64,000 nucleotides of DNA from Chiloscyllium plagiosum (taxonomy: Eukaryota): NCBI RefSeq assembly GCF_004010195.1, contig NC_057754.1, positions 4,403,681 through 4,467,680 of the forward strand, written 5' to 3'. Of this stretch, positions 13,558 through 27,200 are shown piece by piece. The number at the start of each line of letters is the position of its first letter. The first letter of the stretch is position 1. The notes under the pieces are model-generated. The model had not been told where the DNA came from. It did no database searches and saw only the letters and a list, made by a program, of their open reading frames with translations. The position numbers were made by a program, and so were the translations under genes.

Positions 13558-13770
13558 CAGGTGTCGTGGTAATATCACTGGCCTATTATTTCAGGGGTCA
13601 CTAGTTCAAATCCCACAAGGCAAATAGTGAAATTTGAATTCAATACAATAAAAATCTGGAATAAATAAAATATGGCTATATAACCATAGTTTAAAAAACA
13701 AGACTAGTTCACTAATTTTTTTTAGGAAGCAAAATCTGTCATCCTTACCTGCTTTGAGGTTCCAGACTTA
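13558..13770 (+). mobile_element. tRNA-derived SINE (family also at 43745-44050 minus and 58800-59390 plus)
   Basis: GTGGTAATATCACTGG...GTTCAAATCCCAC...GAAATTTGAATTCAAT...GTTCACTAAT is shared among the copies. Confidence 0.65.
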
Positions 13771-15832
13771 AGAATTATTGGTAAAAGAACTAAGGGGAAA
13801 TTATGAAAATATATTTTCCATTCCTCCTTTCCAAAGGGTTAATCACAAACAGATCCCAGAGGCGCTTCAGCATGTACTTGATAAGGACTATTTGCATGGT
13901 TATGGGTGCGTGCGTACATGTGTGCCTGCGTGTGCGCACGCATGTCTGCATATAAAGCAGAGGTGTGGACAGATCTTTCAAACAGCTTGCACAACAAGTG
14001 ACCTCCTTCAGTGCAAGACTGAAAAGTGCTTCTGTTTAAGACACAACTTTTAGAGGGATAAAAAAAAAGTGCGATCTGAAAGAACTGTTTATAATAAGGG
14101 AAAACTTTAATTCACATTAGTAGAAAGACATTGGTATGAATTTTAAAAAAAAACAGTGCACTAACAATTAGTAAGAGCAACTGACTAAACAGAATCAAGT
14201 GTTTCTTCATAAAAAATAGATTCAACCACTGATAATAAAGTGAAAAATCTCCTAAATTCTCAATCACTCTGGAATCAGTTACTTTATGTAGTGCAATTAG
14301 AAAAAGAAACAGATGCTGCACATGCACCCAGCAGTTTCCTTTGGATTCACTTCAGTGCAGTCATTCCATTGTCAGAATTTATTTCAGGGAGGAAGATAGA
14401 AGATTACATATTCATTGAATGTTCACCACATCAGCACAGTTCAGAACATGGTTGAGTTTAAAATTATTGAAGGCACTGTTTTGGGAATGTGACGTCAAAA
14501 TCAGTATCTTTAAACCACCCTCCGTTCCAGTTAAACCTTTGGGCCTTGCAATGACAATACCAATGATGTACCTCACAAGAGTCTTGATGCCCTTGTTTTA
14601 ATAGAAACCCATCAAAAGTTCAGATCACCATTTCAAGGCCTCAACATTTTTATTTTTGGTGGTGGTGGTGCAGTTAGGAAAGACTGGAGTTTTCTATTGT
14701 GAAGAGAACAGAAAGGGATCTGAACTTAGATTGGGAAATACCACTACCCTCTTTTAAAAAAATATTAGATTGCAACTCAGGACACTAAGATACAGACCTC
14801 TACAGGGTTCTGATCAATTGGGAGTGAGGCAGGTTACCACTGCCACAAAAAACTGATCAGGAATGTAAAGAAGAATGAAAGCTCAGCAACTAGAAGCCAT
14901 CTTTGAATGAGCAAATACTAGCATTGAATGCATGTTTCTGTTTGCACTGGGGAGTAGCCTCTTGCTGCTCCATCTCATCAGCCATCTCTGAGCACTCCAA
15001 GGCAGATGTTGTATTTAGTACAGATTAAAAAGAACCACACAGAGCACATGTGAAAAACAGAAAATACTGGAATACAATAGCAGGTCTGCCAGCGCTTCCC
15101 ACCCAAACATATTTTTAAAAACCTCTCCTTTTCCAGAGACTGACAAATTGTATTGTGCTAGCAGGCCCTATACCCTGCCTCAACAATGTGTTCAATTCCA
15201 AGAATTCCAAAGGTATTTTACCAGTGCATCAATCTATGAGTTATGCAGTCAGACAGACGATTAGATCAGTGCCAGACTGGGTGCAGTTTGCGGGCATGGG
15301 GCCCAAATGAGTTGAGGCTTTCACTAATTCATTTTTGCATGAGGCACCCAACCCAGCGAAGAAACATTTGCCCCAGAGTGGGCTTGATTTATCCAAGAAA
15401 TGAAAGGACCGGGGTTGAAGGACAGTATTTATCCCCCTGCACCATATCATTGCTACATTTCTACAATCAAGTTCATATATTTCTTAAATAAACAAAATAC
15501 ATATGTGCATTTTTTTCTCCCTATAATTCCTCTAAGACTCCTAGTTCAACACAGGGTGATTGGGACCCTCTGAATACTGCAACATCTGGATACATGGACC
15601 CTCTTGAAGGTGTCACTTAATACATTGAATGACAGTTGTGCGCTGTGCAATAATTCAGACCCTGCAAGCTCTCCTAAATCCACCAATTTTTTTTTTTGGT
15701 TGTTGGCAAATGTTTCATTTCCCCACCCCCAAATACCACTGGTCCACTTTGGGAACGTAAGCCCACCCACCCCCACCCAAATCATTCACTCCCTCCTCTC
15801 CCATGGAAATCTTTGTGTCTCCACAGATTGGG

Positions 15833-15951
15833 TCAGCCCTGTTCCAGAGTCTCTGTGACCTCCACGGCAGTATAAGAGACTGGACCCTGGGATATCTGAC
15901 GTGTAAAGAACGATGCCGCCCTCTTTGGCTTCACCCGCTTGATCTCTTGAC
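15833..15951 (-). CDS. FRMD8: FRMD8 last coding exon (exon 11): GQEIKRVKPKRAASFFTRQISQGPVSYTAVEVTETLEQG*
   Basis: Acceptor TTCCTTACTGTCAG and stop TGA at 15833-15835. It matches the FRMD8 C-terminus as recalled (RVKPKR..SFF.RQ.S.G..SYT......LEQG). Not present in the ORF track. Confidence 0.93.
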
Positions 15952-16059
15952 CTGACAGTAAGGAAAGCAGAAAGAGAAAGAGAAAATTGTCTTTATATGT
16001 CTCCTTTTGAAAACTCAGAACATAGTAAAGTACTCCACAATCAATGAAATACTTTTTGA

Positions 16060-16220
16060 GATATCCCTACAGCAATGCAGGAAACATTTACAGTCAATTT
16101 GCATAGCTCCACAAAAAAAAGAATGAAATTGTGGCCTGATAATCTGTTCTGTTTCATGTAGGATAATTATTGACCAGAGATCTCCAAGATGAAATCCCCT
16201 GCTTTTCTTTGAATTAGTAA
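16060..16220 (-). mobile_element. DeuSINE (SacSINE1/AmnSINE-like) remnant
   Basis: The reverse complement resembles the Deu domain (GAAAAGCAGGGGATTTC...TGGTCAATAATTATCC...CAGATTATC...GCAAATTGACTG). Confidence 0.55.
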
Positions 16221-16269
16221 TAAAATTGGTAAAACAAACAAGGGCACGACTTATCCAATTAAAGGCAGG

Positions 16270-16972
16270 GCCTTGGGTAGTGTTGTAGAACAGAGAAACC
16301 TGGGGTTTCAGGTGCATAATTCTTTGAAGTTTGCATCAAACGTAGTCAGGGCGGTTAAGGAGTTTAGCACACTTGCTTTCATTGTCGAGACCTTTGCGTA
16401 TAGGAGTTAGGATGTCATGTCGAGGTTGTACATGACATTGGTGAGGCCTCTGCTGGTGTACTTGTGCCCAGTTCTGGATGCCCTGTGATAGGATGGATAT
16501 TAAGCTGGAGAGGGCTCAGAAAAGATTTACCAAAATATTGCTGGGAATGGAATGTTTGAGTTATAAGGAGAGGCTGGGACATTTTTCACTGGAACATGGG
16601 AGTTTGAGGGGTGACCTTGTCGAGGTTTATAAAATCATGAGGGGTACAGACAAGGTGGCTGATAAGTGCAGTTTCCCAAGGGTGGGTGATTTCAAAACTG
16701 GGGGACATGTTTTAAAGGTGAGGGGAGAAAGATTTTAAAAAGACACGAAGGGCAATGTTTTAAAACAGTGGTTCTTGAAAGGAATGAACTTCCAAAGGAA
16801 GTGGTAGATACGGCTACAGTTACAATGCTTAAAAGACATTTGGATAGTTACATGAATAAGAAATGCTTGGACGCATATGGGCCAATAGAAGGTAGGTGGG
16901 ACTAGTTTAGTTTGGGATTATGGCCACATGGGCTGCTTGGACATATGGGTCTGTTTCGGTGCTGTATGACAA
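16270..16972 (+). mobile_element. CR1 LINE 3' fragment
   Basis: DIKLERAQKRFTKILLGME...LRGDLVEVYKIMRG. Confidence 0.9.
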
Positions 16973-18044
16973 TGCCTCCATTGGCATTAGGATCTCCTGA
17001 AGGGTAGACGAAGGACCAGAGGTCGACGTATTAGCTGAAAGATAGCATCTCTAGCAGAACAATGCTCCCATATTATGGCACGGGGACTGTCAACTTGGAA
17101 TGGGCCTTGCAACCACGATTTCTAACTCAGAGGCGAGACTGTTGCAAATGCAGCTGACATTCAAGATATTAAGTACCCAGCATTTGATGAGTGAGTCACC
17201 ACTGTTTGCGCATTTGGGTGGAATTTCTTTGGGGGTGGGGGGGATGGGTGGGATGAATGAGAGGAGAGAGGGGTGGGGAAAGAGACAGAGGAAGAGACTT
17301 TAACGTTAAGGAACTGTGGGCTACAAATGCTATCATTTGAATATTGGAAGACCGACTAAGATGCTGAAATAATAGAGTGCACATTTCTTGAAACAAGAAC
17401 AACTTTTGAAATACAGCTTACAGAGGCTCTCTAACAGCAGAAAGCTGGAAATGCACCAACATCAGATAGATTCTCATAAATGAATAAGACCTTTTCCACA
17501 CTTGTTTTCCCTAATGCCTGACACAGACTATTCACTCAATGTAGGAACAGTTGTGGTCATAAAGGGCACAGTACGTCACTGTGCTAACATACAGTGCAAT
17601 GGGTACAGTACAAGCATTCAAAAACATCCATCTTTATTGGAGTTGGGAGGGGGGGGGAGAAATGATTTAGGAATGATAAATTTGTCTGAAGATTATCTTA
17701 AGTAAAAGCCACTGTTCATTTACATCACCCTTACTGTTCTCAACTAGTTAGGTGATAAATGGTCACAATGCTCAGTGCTGAAAGGCGATTCAGCCCATTT
17801 AGTCTGTTCTGCCTATCTGAATTAGCGGTTCCTTCAAAACCATTCTCCTGCCTTTGCCTTATAATCATACACATTCTTCTTTTTCAAATAACTGTCTGAT
17901 TCCTATTCAATTGAATCAATTGAATTTGCCTCCACCACACTGAGGCAGTCCATTCCAAACCCAAACCACTCACTGCACAAAAAAAATCACCTTTGCTTTT
18001 GCTTCTTTTATGGATTAAATTGGTGTCCCCTCATTCTTGATCAG

Positions 18045-18225
18045 AGTCAGAGAGACGTACAGCATAGAAACAGACTCTTCGGTCCAACTTGTCCATGCCG
18101 ACCAAGTATCCTAAATCAGTCTAGTCCCATTTGCCAGCATTTGGCCATATCCCTCTAAACCCTTCCTATTCATGTGCCCATCCAGGTGCCTTTTAAATGT
18201 TATTACACCAAACTCCCCACTTCCA
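18045..18225 (-). mobile_element. CR1 LINE 3' tail
   Basis: Closely similar to 2930-3120. Confidence 0.8.
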
Positions 18226-19184
18226 TGAATCTGTTACTATCTTTGCAGATCCTCCATGACTTTGAAAATTCCTTTCAGCCTTCTTTTCTCCAAGGAAAAG
18301 TCTGAACTTCTCCAACTATCTTCATAATGAATGCTCCTGATCATTGGAACCACTCTCACAAAGCACTGAAAAGCCTGGTACTGCAATCCTATAGGGGAGC
18401 AACTGGAGACTTAGCTGACACCTCTTGTAATTCTATAAATCTCAGCATCCTTTCTTTTCAGATCACCTGAAAGCATTTTCACCGGTCGCTTATTTTATAA
18501 TCGTAGCTGTTTGGATTTACAATGGAGTTAGATTGGGGCAAAGTCTCTTATTTTAAAATCAATGCAGCTTTGGTCATTGTTCTACTTGAAACACTCTTCC
18601 TCCCAAATCTCCAGATACCCCAGTCGACACACTTCCTTCCTCACGGCTCATCTCCGGACAGCCAATTGGCAAAGGATAATACTGGAAACAATTTTACTCA
18701 GTCTCTACTTTTGCTTACAAAGTGCAGTTGCAAATAGCATGTCTTTCTTTTTCCTCTAAATTGGACAAATGTAAATAAATAGGCAAGTAACAGCTCGTGT
18801 AATGGACTGCAACAAAAAAATCAAATCCCAATGTAAAACTTACAAAGTTTCAATGAAAACCTGAATACAAGAGGGGTTTTGTATTCCAGCCCCTGAATTA
18901 CCCACAGGGCACAGAAGGCTTGAGTGTACAGTGGTCAAAACATCTCCGCTGCAGGGTTACCCTGGGAGTGACGTCACCGTTGAAGAAACCAGGCAGTTAG
19001 ATCCTCTTGGGCATTCATAATTCTTCAGTTCGGGGAAAAAAAAAAGCTCCTACCCAGACCCAGTCCACACCACCACTATGTGTACTGGCAGAGATGTCTC
19101 CCTTTATGCCAGTGTTAATCTGTGCTAAATTCTGAAAGCGTACCCTCTGCACCTTCCACCCAGTGAGTAAACCTACGAACAACT

Positions 19185-20090
19185 ATAAGATACAGGAACA
19201 GAATTAGGCCAGTCAACCCACTGATTCTGCTCCGCCATTCGAACATGGCTAATATATTTCTCAGCCCCATTCTCCTGCCTTCTCCCCATTACCGTTGATC
19301 CCCATACAAATTAAGAACCTATCTTTGTCTCAGAGACACTTAATGACTCGGCCTCCATAACCTGTGACAATAAGTTCCACAGACCCACCACCCTCTGGCT
19401 GAAGAAATTCATCTCAGTTCGAAAGGATCATCCTTTCACTCTAAAGGCTGTGCCCTCTGGTCCTAATCTTTCCTACTAGTGGTAACATCTTTTCCACTTC
19501 CACTCTATCCAGGCCTCTCAGTATTTTATAAATTTCAATCATATCCCCCCCTTCTCATCCTTTTAATCTCTAGAGTCCAAGCTGAGATCATTCTTGCAAA
19601 CCTCACATGCACCGACCACCCCACCCCCACTCACCCCAGATTCTCTTAACAGAATCCTGAACTAGGACTCCCTTTTGTGTTTCAGTTTTCTGAAGCCTTT
19701 CCCCATTTAGAAAATAGTCTCCAGCTCTCCTCTTCCTACCAAAGTGCATATCCTCTCACTTTCCCACATTGTATTGCATCTGCCACTTCTTTGCCCACTC
19801 TCCTAGCCAATCCAAATCCTTCTGCAGCACCCCTGCTTTCTCGACAGTAACTGTCCCTCAATCTATCTTTGTGACATCTACAAACTTTAGCAACAATGCC
19901 CTCAGGTTTCTTCATCTAGATTATTAATGTGTAACATGAACAGTTGTCCCAACACTGACCCTCATCTGATTAGTCAATGACTGCCATCGGTGAAAGACCC
20001 CTTTGTCCCCACTCTCTGCCATTGCCAGTCAACCAAACCTCTATCCATGCCAGTGTCTTGCCCCGAACACCATGGACTCTAATTTTACAT
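19185..20090 (-). mobile_element. CR1 LINE fragments
   Basis: KIRVHGVRGKTLAWIEVWLT RT motif, plus the 3' tail near 19190-19560. Confidence 0.8.
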
Positions 20091-20888
20091 AGCAGCAGTT
20101 GGTGTTCAGTCCGGCTGCCCGGGAGGGGAACGCGGACGGGGGTTGGGTGGGGGAGAACAGGGTGCGGGGTTGGGGAAGCAGTGCTGGACTGGGTTGCGGG
20201 TGTGGGCTGGGAGCGGACAGGGTGCAGGGTCTTGCATGCAGTGTGCTTTTGCCTAGCCTCCTGAACGGGAGCAGACTTCACAGAAAACCTGAAGCCCCAG
20301 AGGAAATTAACTAACCGAATAATCAATTATCCAAACGAAATAGTGCCCGCCCATCTCGTTTGGATAATCAAGGTTCCTCTGTAAATTGAAGCACTGGAGT
20401 TATGTTTTCAGCAATGAGGACTTAATGAGGGGAGTAGATTCTTAGATCTACTCACTCATTTAGGTTTCTATTGTTTCCTGTATGCTTTGTCAAAATATAT
20501 TTGAGGGGTAATTTATTTTTTGGATTGCTGTTAATAAATGTGGTTTTCAATGCAATTACCCTATTTGTACTATCAGGATTGTAGAACCATTGCGCAGTAC
20601 AGCAGCACCCTCTGATGGTAGGGAATGGAATGGCACCCACACAAAGCACCCATAGCATCCCTAAAAGCTTCCTGAAACCTTCCGGAAACATAGAGAATCT
20701 GCAGGCCATCCAGGAAAGGGCCAATATTTGCCAAAAGTCAAAAGGTAAGGTTGACTCTGCTGAGGGTCATGCTCCCTTGACCAATCAACAAGTGAGCTTA
20801 GCTCACAATTCTCATCCACCAATAGTTCGGTAATTATTCAGTGTCCACAGCAGATGCTACCCAAAAGGTCAGCAAGCAGGCCACCTAC

Positions 20889-21078
20889 CCTCTTCTACAT
20901 AGTCTATGGTTGAGAGCTGCTGGATCCGATTGCACACCACGCTGTTCTGCCTCTTCAGTTTGCCGCGTTTCTCCTTTGGTCTCGGTGGCTTTGCAGCAAC
21001 GGCGTCCTGCACCGGTGACACCTCGAAGGTGTTGTTGAAGTCAATGCAGTAGTCGATCATTCCACTCATCAGCTCCGC
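20889..21078 (-). CDS. FRMD8: FRMD8 coding exon 10: AELMSGMIDYCID...KLKRQNSVVCNRIQQLSTIDYVEE(G)
   Basis: CAG acceptor, GTAGG donor, 190 nt, phase 0 to 1. Matches FRMD8. Confidence 0.95.
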
Positions 21079-22108
21079 CTGGATAGATGCACACTAGCAT
21101 TAGTCCCGAGGCATCACTTCACTGCATCCCCAACCAGTTTTCCCATCCCCTGATTATACAACGAGTGGAGACAGACTATTCAACTGCAGGAGGAATCATT
21201 GCTCATCCAAATTTGGCTCAACAGTCACAAGATCTCAGTCCACAGGTAGCAATCCAGAACAGAAATCTTTAGCTAATTTCTCCAAACTAGTTTTTTACCT
21301 AGGGACACTATGGCTGGGTAGAGCAGTGCGAGAGCACTAACCAAACGTTTTCCTGGTCGGTCTTGTATAATAAAACACAGTCATGCTTTCACCTAACTTA
21401 GATATCCTGATCGACCTCAGGTAACTGGGTACAGCCTCTTTCTGCTCACTTCCACTTTACACTGAAGTTACGAAAGTTACTGGTTCCACACTCTTCAAAT
21501 ATAATTACAAGCTTGATCATTTAACCAGACAAGATATTCTTTTGCAATGAAACAATGTTTCTGTTACCTTTGCCCCCTCACTTCCAACAATTAAATCAAC
21601 TTGCAATTTTTTTAAAGTCAAGAAAACATATTAAAGGCAGAAAAACTGAACCAGAAAATGAAAAACTTAAAGCAGTTCGAGAGCAAAGAGAGGGAGAGTA
21701 ATGCCAGGACCAAAAACCAAACAGATGTTAAGCCTGGTGAGAAAGGTGTATGCATGCACAGTTAGAAAGCTACATAAATAGGTAAAATGTAAGTTACTGT
21801 TACAATGATCTGGTTATAGAATCCAGCTGGTACAGGGAATATAATTATTTCAATTCTGTCTCAGGCTCACTGGACAATATGGCCAATATGTTATCCATAT
21901 AGCACAGCATCAGAAAGTCATTCCATCCATCTGGTTTTGTATTCACGCTCCACTCAAATCTTTCCCGTACTTCTACATCTCACTATCAGCACATGATTAT
22001 AATCCTTTGTCACCTCAGCTTCTCCTTCAATGCATCGTTACTCTTTGCCTCAACTGCTCCTAGGGAATAGTGAATTCCACAATGAGAAGGCTGTCACTTC
22101 CTCAGTAC

Positions 22109-22258
22109 CTGTTTGGAATAGATCTTCAAAAGCTTGTTCACAACAGCTCCTCCTTCCTCTCCATCAAATTCCAGCCACAAGATGTCATCAGACTCCTCGT
22201 CCTCCGAGGACGTGTACTCCCACGACAGCTCGTGAAAACACAGGGTCAAAAGCACACA
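22109..22258 (-). CDS. FRMD8: FRMD8 coding exon 9: [15 protein letters not shown]...[25 protein letters not shown]
   Basis: Acceptor CTCTTGCAG, donor GTACTG, 150 nt. Confidence 0.95.
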
Positions 22259-22846
22259 CTGCAAGAGCGGAAGCAGAGAGTTGAAACCAATTACTCTCTC
22301 AATGACAATCAATCCAAGCACCTTGTTGTTTGTGGTTTACACTACGCATGCCATCCCCCACTAAAGACAATGGACTTGAGAAATTTTAAAGCAAGTGAAG
22401 CCTGGAGTTTGATTCAACATATATGACATAGCATCACACAATACGATTCATCCAGATTTTCTATTAGGATCTAAATGGACAATAGATTCCAAAAATAATA
22501 TGCTTTTTCAAGACAGGTGGGCAGCTTAAGCTCCCTCTTCACTGTCCCCATCAAAACCCTCAGGGCAGGTACAGCACCATCTGGCTAGTGCAAAGCTTGC
22601 TTGACACTTTTCCAAAAACATGGCTCAGGTCCAACCTCATAACAGTGCCATCAGCGCGACGACCCACGGCTGGAATTTCTCACACTGCCTTTACCCTGGT
22701 CGGCAGTATGTGGTTGCCTAATTATTATAAGCAACGGGAAACTCCAGGTGGATTCGATCATATGACAAAGAGAAGTAGATCATTTTAGAGAGAACATCAG
22801 ACCAGCAGGCAGACAATTAAGGCCGCTCAAAGTACAAAAATATTAC

Positions 22847-22970
22847 CTTCTCCTTACTGTCCATGACAGACACACCGTCCAAACTGATTGCGATGGTTAC
22901 TAGTTTGCGCCCATTCCGATGCAGAAAGCTCTGCACTGGTTTATCAATCTCCCCAGTGAACATCGCAGAG
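22847..22970 (-). CDS. FRMD8: FRMD8 coding exon 8: (G)[41 protein letters not shown]
   Basis: Acceptor TTTCAG, donor GTAATA, 124 nt. Start of the FERM C-lobe. Confidence 0.95.
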
Positions 22971-23134
22971 CTGAAACCACAAGAGACAAAAGGGTGAAGC
23001 AGCATAACAGAATTGAAAGCTTACAACTCGCAGGAATTACATTTGCAAGTTGGGAATCCTTTCTCTTAAAAGTGAATGGGTAACCATTAAAACTTGAGGG
23101 AACAGTAAACATAGAGGTTGTTTCTACTTGCATG

Positions 23135-23293
23135 CAGAGCAGCCTAAATTATCCAAACAACACAGACAGGGAATATTTTGTTTGGACAATTGAATGTCAG
23201 ATACACAGCTTAGCCAAGCATCAGGACCTTACAATCTGGTTTGGATAATCTGAAATTTGGTTAATCGAATGCCAGATAATCAAAGTTCCGCTG
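23135..23293. mobile_element. Pogo/Tigger-like MITE remnant
   Basis: Imperfect terminal inverted repeats CAGAGCAGCCTAAATTATCC...AGATAATCAAAGTTCCGCTG. A related end, TTTGGATAATCAAGGTTCCTCTGTA, lies at ~20360-20383. Confidence 0.5.
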
Positions 23294-24609
23294 CAGTCTA
23301 AAATCAAGGGCTCCAAATAAGATATTCACTAATAAATCAAATAGGGAATATTGGAGAAGCTTTTTTTTAAAAAAACCTCAGAATAGAACTCACCACCAAA
23401 CAACTGAAGCAAAGGCACAAATGCATTTAAGGGAGAATGCCAGATAAAAACAGAAAGTAGCAGGTTAAGTGGATAAGGTTGCCGATGGGAACATAAACAC
23501 CAGTGTATCAGAACAGTTGAGTTAAATGGCTGATTACTGTTTTATGATCCTAGCATATCAAAACTTAGCTTGATAGATCACAGGATCAACTGTCTGCAGT
23601 TGATTAACATTGTGGTTAATCACAAATATTTACACAAGGCTACATATGGCCTTTTACAACTAAAGTTTCTAATGCAAAAGACATAAACAAAGCCATACTT
23701 ACCACAAACATCTAAACAAAATTTCCATCTGTCTTACAGCAGAATCAGTGAAAGACTTTATCTCAGAAAAATTACTCCTATTTCAGCATTTATGAATGAA
23801 TTTTACTTAACTTACTTTCCCACTTTCTTCTTGCTGAACTATGGAGATAACGTGACAATTCTTTTCCAGCTGGCATGAGCCTTTCACAATTCTGATGACC
23901 TGAACTCTTCAGTTCTAAAACTCTCCCAGTTTGGAAGGTTCACAGATTAGAAATCATTTCAGCTGAGGCAACTGATTACTCAAAACTGCCTTGACTCCCC
24001 CTGCTCGCAGAAGCTATCTGCCTTCTGAACGAAACTTCTGGGTTCTTCTGAAACAAACAGCACCTTTGGTTCTGAAGTCAAAACTAGATGGTGTTTATTC
24101 TGCCTGTCATCAACTCATGAGCATCAACATTTTACTTTGTAACTCAAGGCAATAACCGCAATCACACGTTTTCTCATAACTCATGCACTTAGGTCACAGT
24201 CCAAATGACTTTTACGTGTTTAAAACAATCTGATCATTTCAAATCCAAATCGGAAATATATATTATACACCTTTAATCACAGCTGTAAATGTTATTTCAA
24301 CTCAATAGGTGCTCAGAACCCATAGGGATTCTGAAACAAGAGGGACCACAGGAGAAAAAAAAACACAAGCAGATAATCACTTAAGGATTACGAAAATGCA
24401 ATTCTGGCAAGAATGTTATTGACTTGGGATAGGTCGGAATCCAAATGTGGGTAAATTACCAAGCATCTTCTCTTACAGATACTGGCATCAAAGGTTCAAA
24501 GCTACAGCACTCACAATGAGGTCGGATGTTCCTTAGTAACTAACCTGCAGAACTGAGTCCCTCCTCACAGCATAGCAAGCTATCAGATGTTGCCAAAGTA
24601 GAGACTCAT

Positions 24610-24928
24610 CTGGTTAGCACTGCTGCCTCTCAGTGCCAGAGACTTGGGTTCAATTCCATCCTGGACAATTGTGCAAACTCCACACAGACGTTTTCCCTGT
24701 TGTTTGCATAGGTTTCCTCCACACTCCAAAAGATGTGCAATTCAGGTGGATTAGCCATAGGAAATTGTCCAGCTTCGAGGGATGTGTCAGTTAGGTAGGT
24801 TAGCCATGGGAAATGCAGGGTTACACAGGAATAATATAATGGGGTGGATTTGGGTGGGATGCTTTTTGGAGGGTTGGTGTTGACTCTCTGGGTTGCATGG
24901 CCTGTTTCCACACTGTAGGGATTCTATG
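24610..24928 (+). mobile_element. V-SINE (HE1-like) copy, internally rearranged
   Basis: TGGTTAGCACTGCTGCCTC...GGTTCAATTCC...GGTTTCCTCC...CCAAAAGATGTGC with a CR1-like tail. Confidence 0.8.
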
Positions 24929-25734
24929 ATTCCTGCCTCTTATCCAGTTTTCCAGTAAATGCAAAAGAAAATGCTTTTGGGAGGCTGGGAAAACGCTGGA
25001 GAGTACCATCTGTAAGTCAAGGAGTTGGGCCATTCTGCCCTTTGAGCCTATCCCACTAACCAATAAAATCTACACCTGAAGCTATATCCCTCAACATCCT
25101 CAGCTAAAAGACATGCATCAATCTCAAATTTCAAATTGAGTAAGCAGCTGTTGCATTGAGATACACAAGTCTGGGACTGTCGTGCTTTATATTAAAAAGT
25201 GCTTCAAAGTCTTTCCTGAATACACACCTTGTACTAGTTCTTCTCTTCTCTCCAGCTGGAATTCCCGTTTGCTCTTTTTTAAACTTGTTTATTTCTATTG
25301 CTTCTCATTTCCCTCCTGGTGTCAGATGAAATGTTTAGCACAACTTAATTTCAGGCATACCTCATCCCTCCTTGACTATCTCCATCTACCACTCCCTTTG
25401 CCTTTTGTGTGATACCTTTGATCTTTAATCTCTCTCACTCTTTAACCTTTCCTTTGTTCAGTTTGCCTCACCACCTTTTTCAACAGTTAAAAACAAACAC
25501 ATTTCTTCCTCTTCAGTTCTGAGAAGTTGCCATATTTGATACAGACCATTAACTCTGCTTCCTTCTCCATGGGATGAAACCCAGAATTTCTTTAACACTA
25601 TTTTCATTCTCAAATCTGCTGATTTTACTTTTGTCTATGCTCTAGTAAATAAAGTTTCTATTGTATCAAGTTTTTTCTAAACTTCTGAAAAACCAGCCCT
25701 CACCCATCTATGCTCCAGAAAATACAAACTTAAT

Positions 25735-25910
25735 TTGGCTATCGTTGACTTTTTTTTAAATACAGCATTTGTAACCATTCCCAAGAGAATTAATGATTAT
25801 GGTGAGGACTGGAGAGCCAGATTGCTTAAATTAGTGATCCTTCAAGAACAGAACTGTTATCTGAATGATTATGCCACATTCCTTGATCATACACATAACA
25901 GGAATCTTAT
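25735..25910 (+). repeat. ~175-bp direct repeat, copy 1 (copy 2 at 27029-27200)
   Basis: TTGGCTATCGTTGACTTTT...CAGGAATCTTATG is nearly identical in both places. Confidence 0.9.
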
Positions 25911-26094
25911 GAGGGGGGGTGGGGAATCAAAAGGGTTTCAGGAGCTCTTAAATGTTCTAGTTGGAACTATGCATGTAGACTGAAAGTTTTGTGACTAGCG
26001 GTCTCTCATTTTTCCACAACACAGTACTTCAGACCTTCAGTCAAAAGACATCTAGCAAGGCAGTGTGAGGAAAAAAAAAGTGAGGTGCGATGAG

Positions 26095-26772
26095 GCCAGG
26101 GTGTCATGGTGGAATAGTCGCTGAAGGTTAAAATGCAGGTGTAACAGGCAGTGGGGAAAGCAAGGCATGCTGTCCTTCACAGCGAGCAGATTTTAGTACA
26201 GGACTACTGATGTCTTGCTACCTTGGTGAGGCCACACCTTGAATATTGCATGCAATTTGGTGTCTAGTCTGAGGAAGGACATTCTTGCTTCTGAAGGGGT
26301 CCAGTGAAGGTTCACTAGACTCATTCCTGGGTTGGCAGGACTGACATATGAAGAAAGACTGTATTAACTGGGCTTATATTCACTGGAATTTAGAAGAATA
26401 TGGGGCCATCGCACAGAAACAAAATCCTGATGTAACTGGACAGGCTAGATGTGGGAAGAATGTTCCCGATGTTGGGGAAATCCAGAACTAGTGGTTACAA
26501 TCTAAGAACAAGGGGTAAGCCATTCCGGACTGAGATGAAGAAGCATTTCTGCACGTAGAATTGTGAACCTGTGGAATTTTCTATCACAGAAAGCTGTTCG
26601 GGCCAGTTCGTTGGATATGTTCAAGAGGGAGCTGGACATGGCCATTGCAGCTAAAGAGATCAAGGGGTATAGAGTGAAAACGGGACTGTGATATTGAAAT
26701 GGCATGATTAGCCATTGAATGGTAGTACAGGCTTGAAGGGCCGAATGGCCTACTCCTGCACCTATGTTTCTA
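26095..26772 (+). mobile_element. CR1 LINE 3' fragment
   Basis: TTGGTGAGGCCACACCTTGAATATTG...GTGAACCTGTGGAATT...CR1 tail. Confidence 0.85.
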
Positions 26773-27028
26773 AGGCACTGCACAATACAATGACACCTTT
26801 TAAAAAAGGCAAGAGAATTTAAATGAGACTCTTAAAAGGAGACAAAACTAGAAGCACAAGGAAGAAAGTTCAACTATTCAAGATGAGAATGCCAGAAAAT
26901 TTACTCAACTTCCCTCAGGAGAGCCTTTTCTCAGGGCAAAATGGGTAGATAGGTACGGCTTGGAGTGGAGTACCATGTGGATCTAGTCAGGGTACCAAAA
27001 GTATGAACTTGTCAGTTTAAACAGGTCT

Positions 27029-27200
27029 TTGGCTATCGTTGACTTTTTTAAAAATACAGCATTTGTAACCACTCCCAAGTGAATTAATGATTATGGTCAG
27101 GACTGGGGAGCCAGATTGCTTAGTGATCTTTCAAGAACAGAACTGTTATCTGAATGATTATGCCACATTCCTTGATCATACACAAAACAGGAATCTTATG
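27029..27200 (+). repeat. ~172-bp direct repeat, copy 2
   Basis: Duplicate of 25735-25910. Confidence 0.9.

Noticed and set aside
18969..18978. CRE palindrome GTGACGTCAC (also TGACGTCA at 14490)
   Set aside because: Isolated 8-10 bp motifs are expected by chance in 64 kb, and there is no supporting context.
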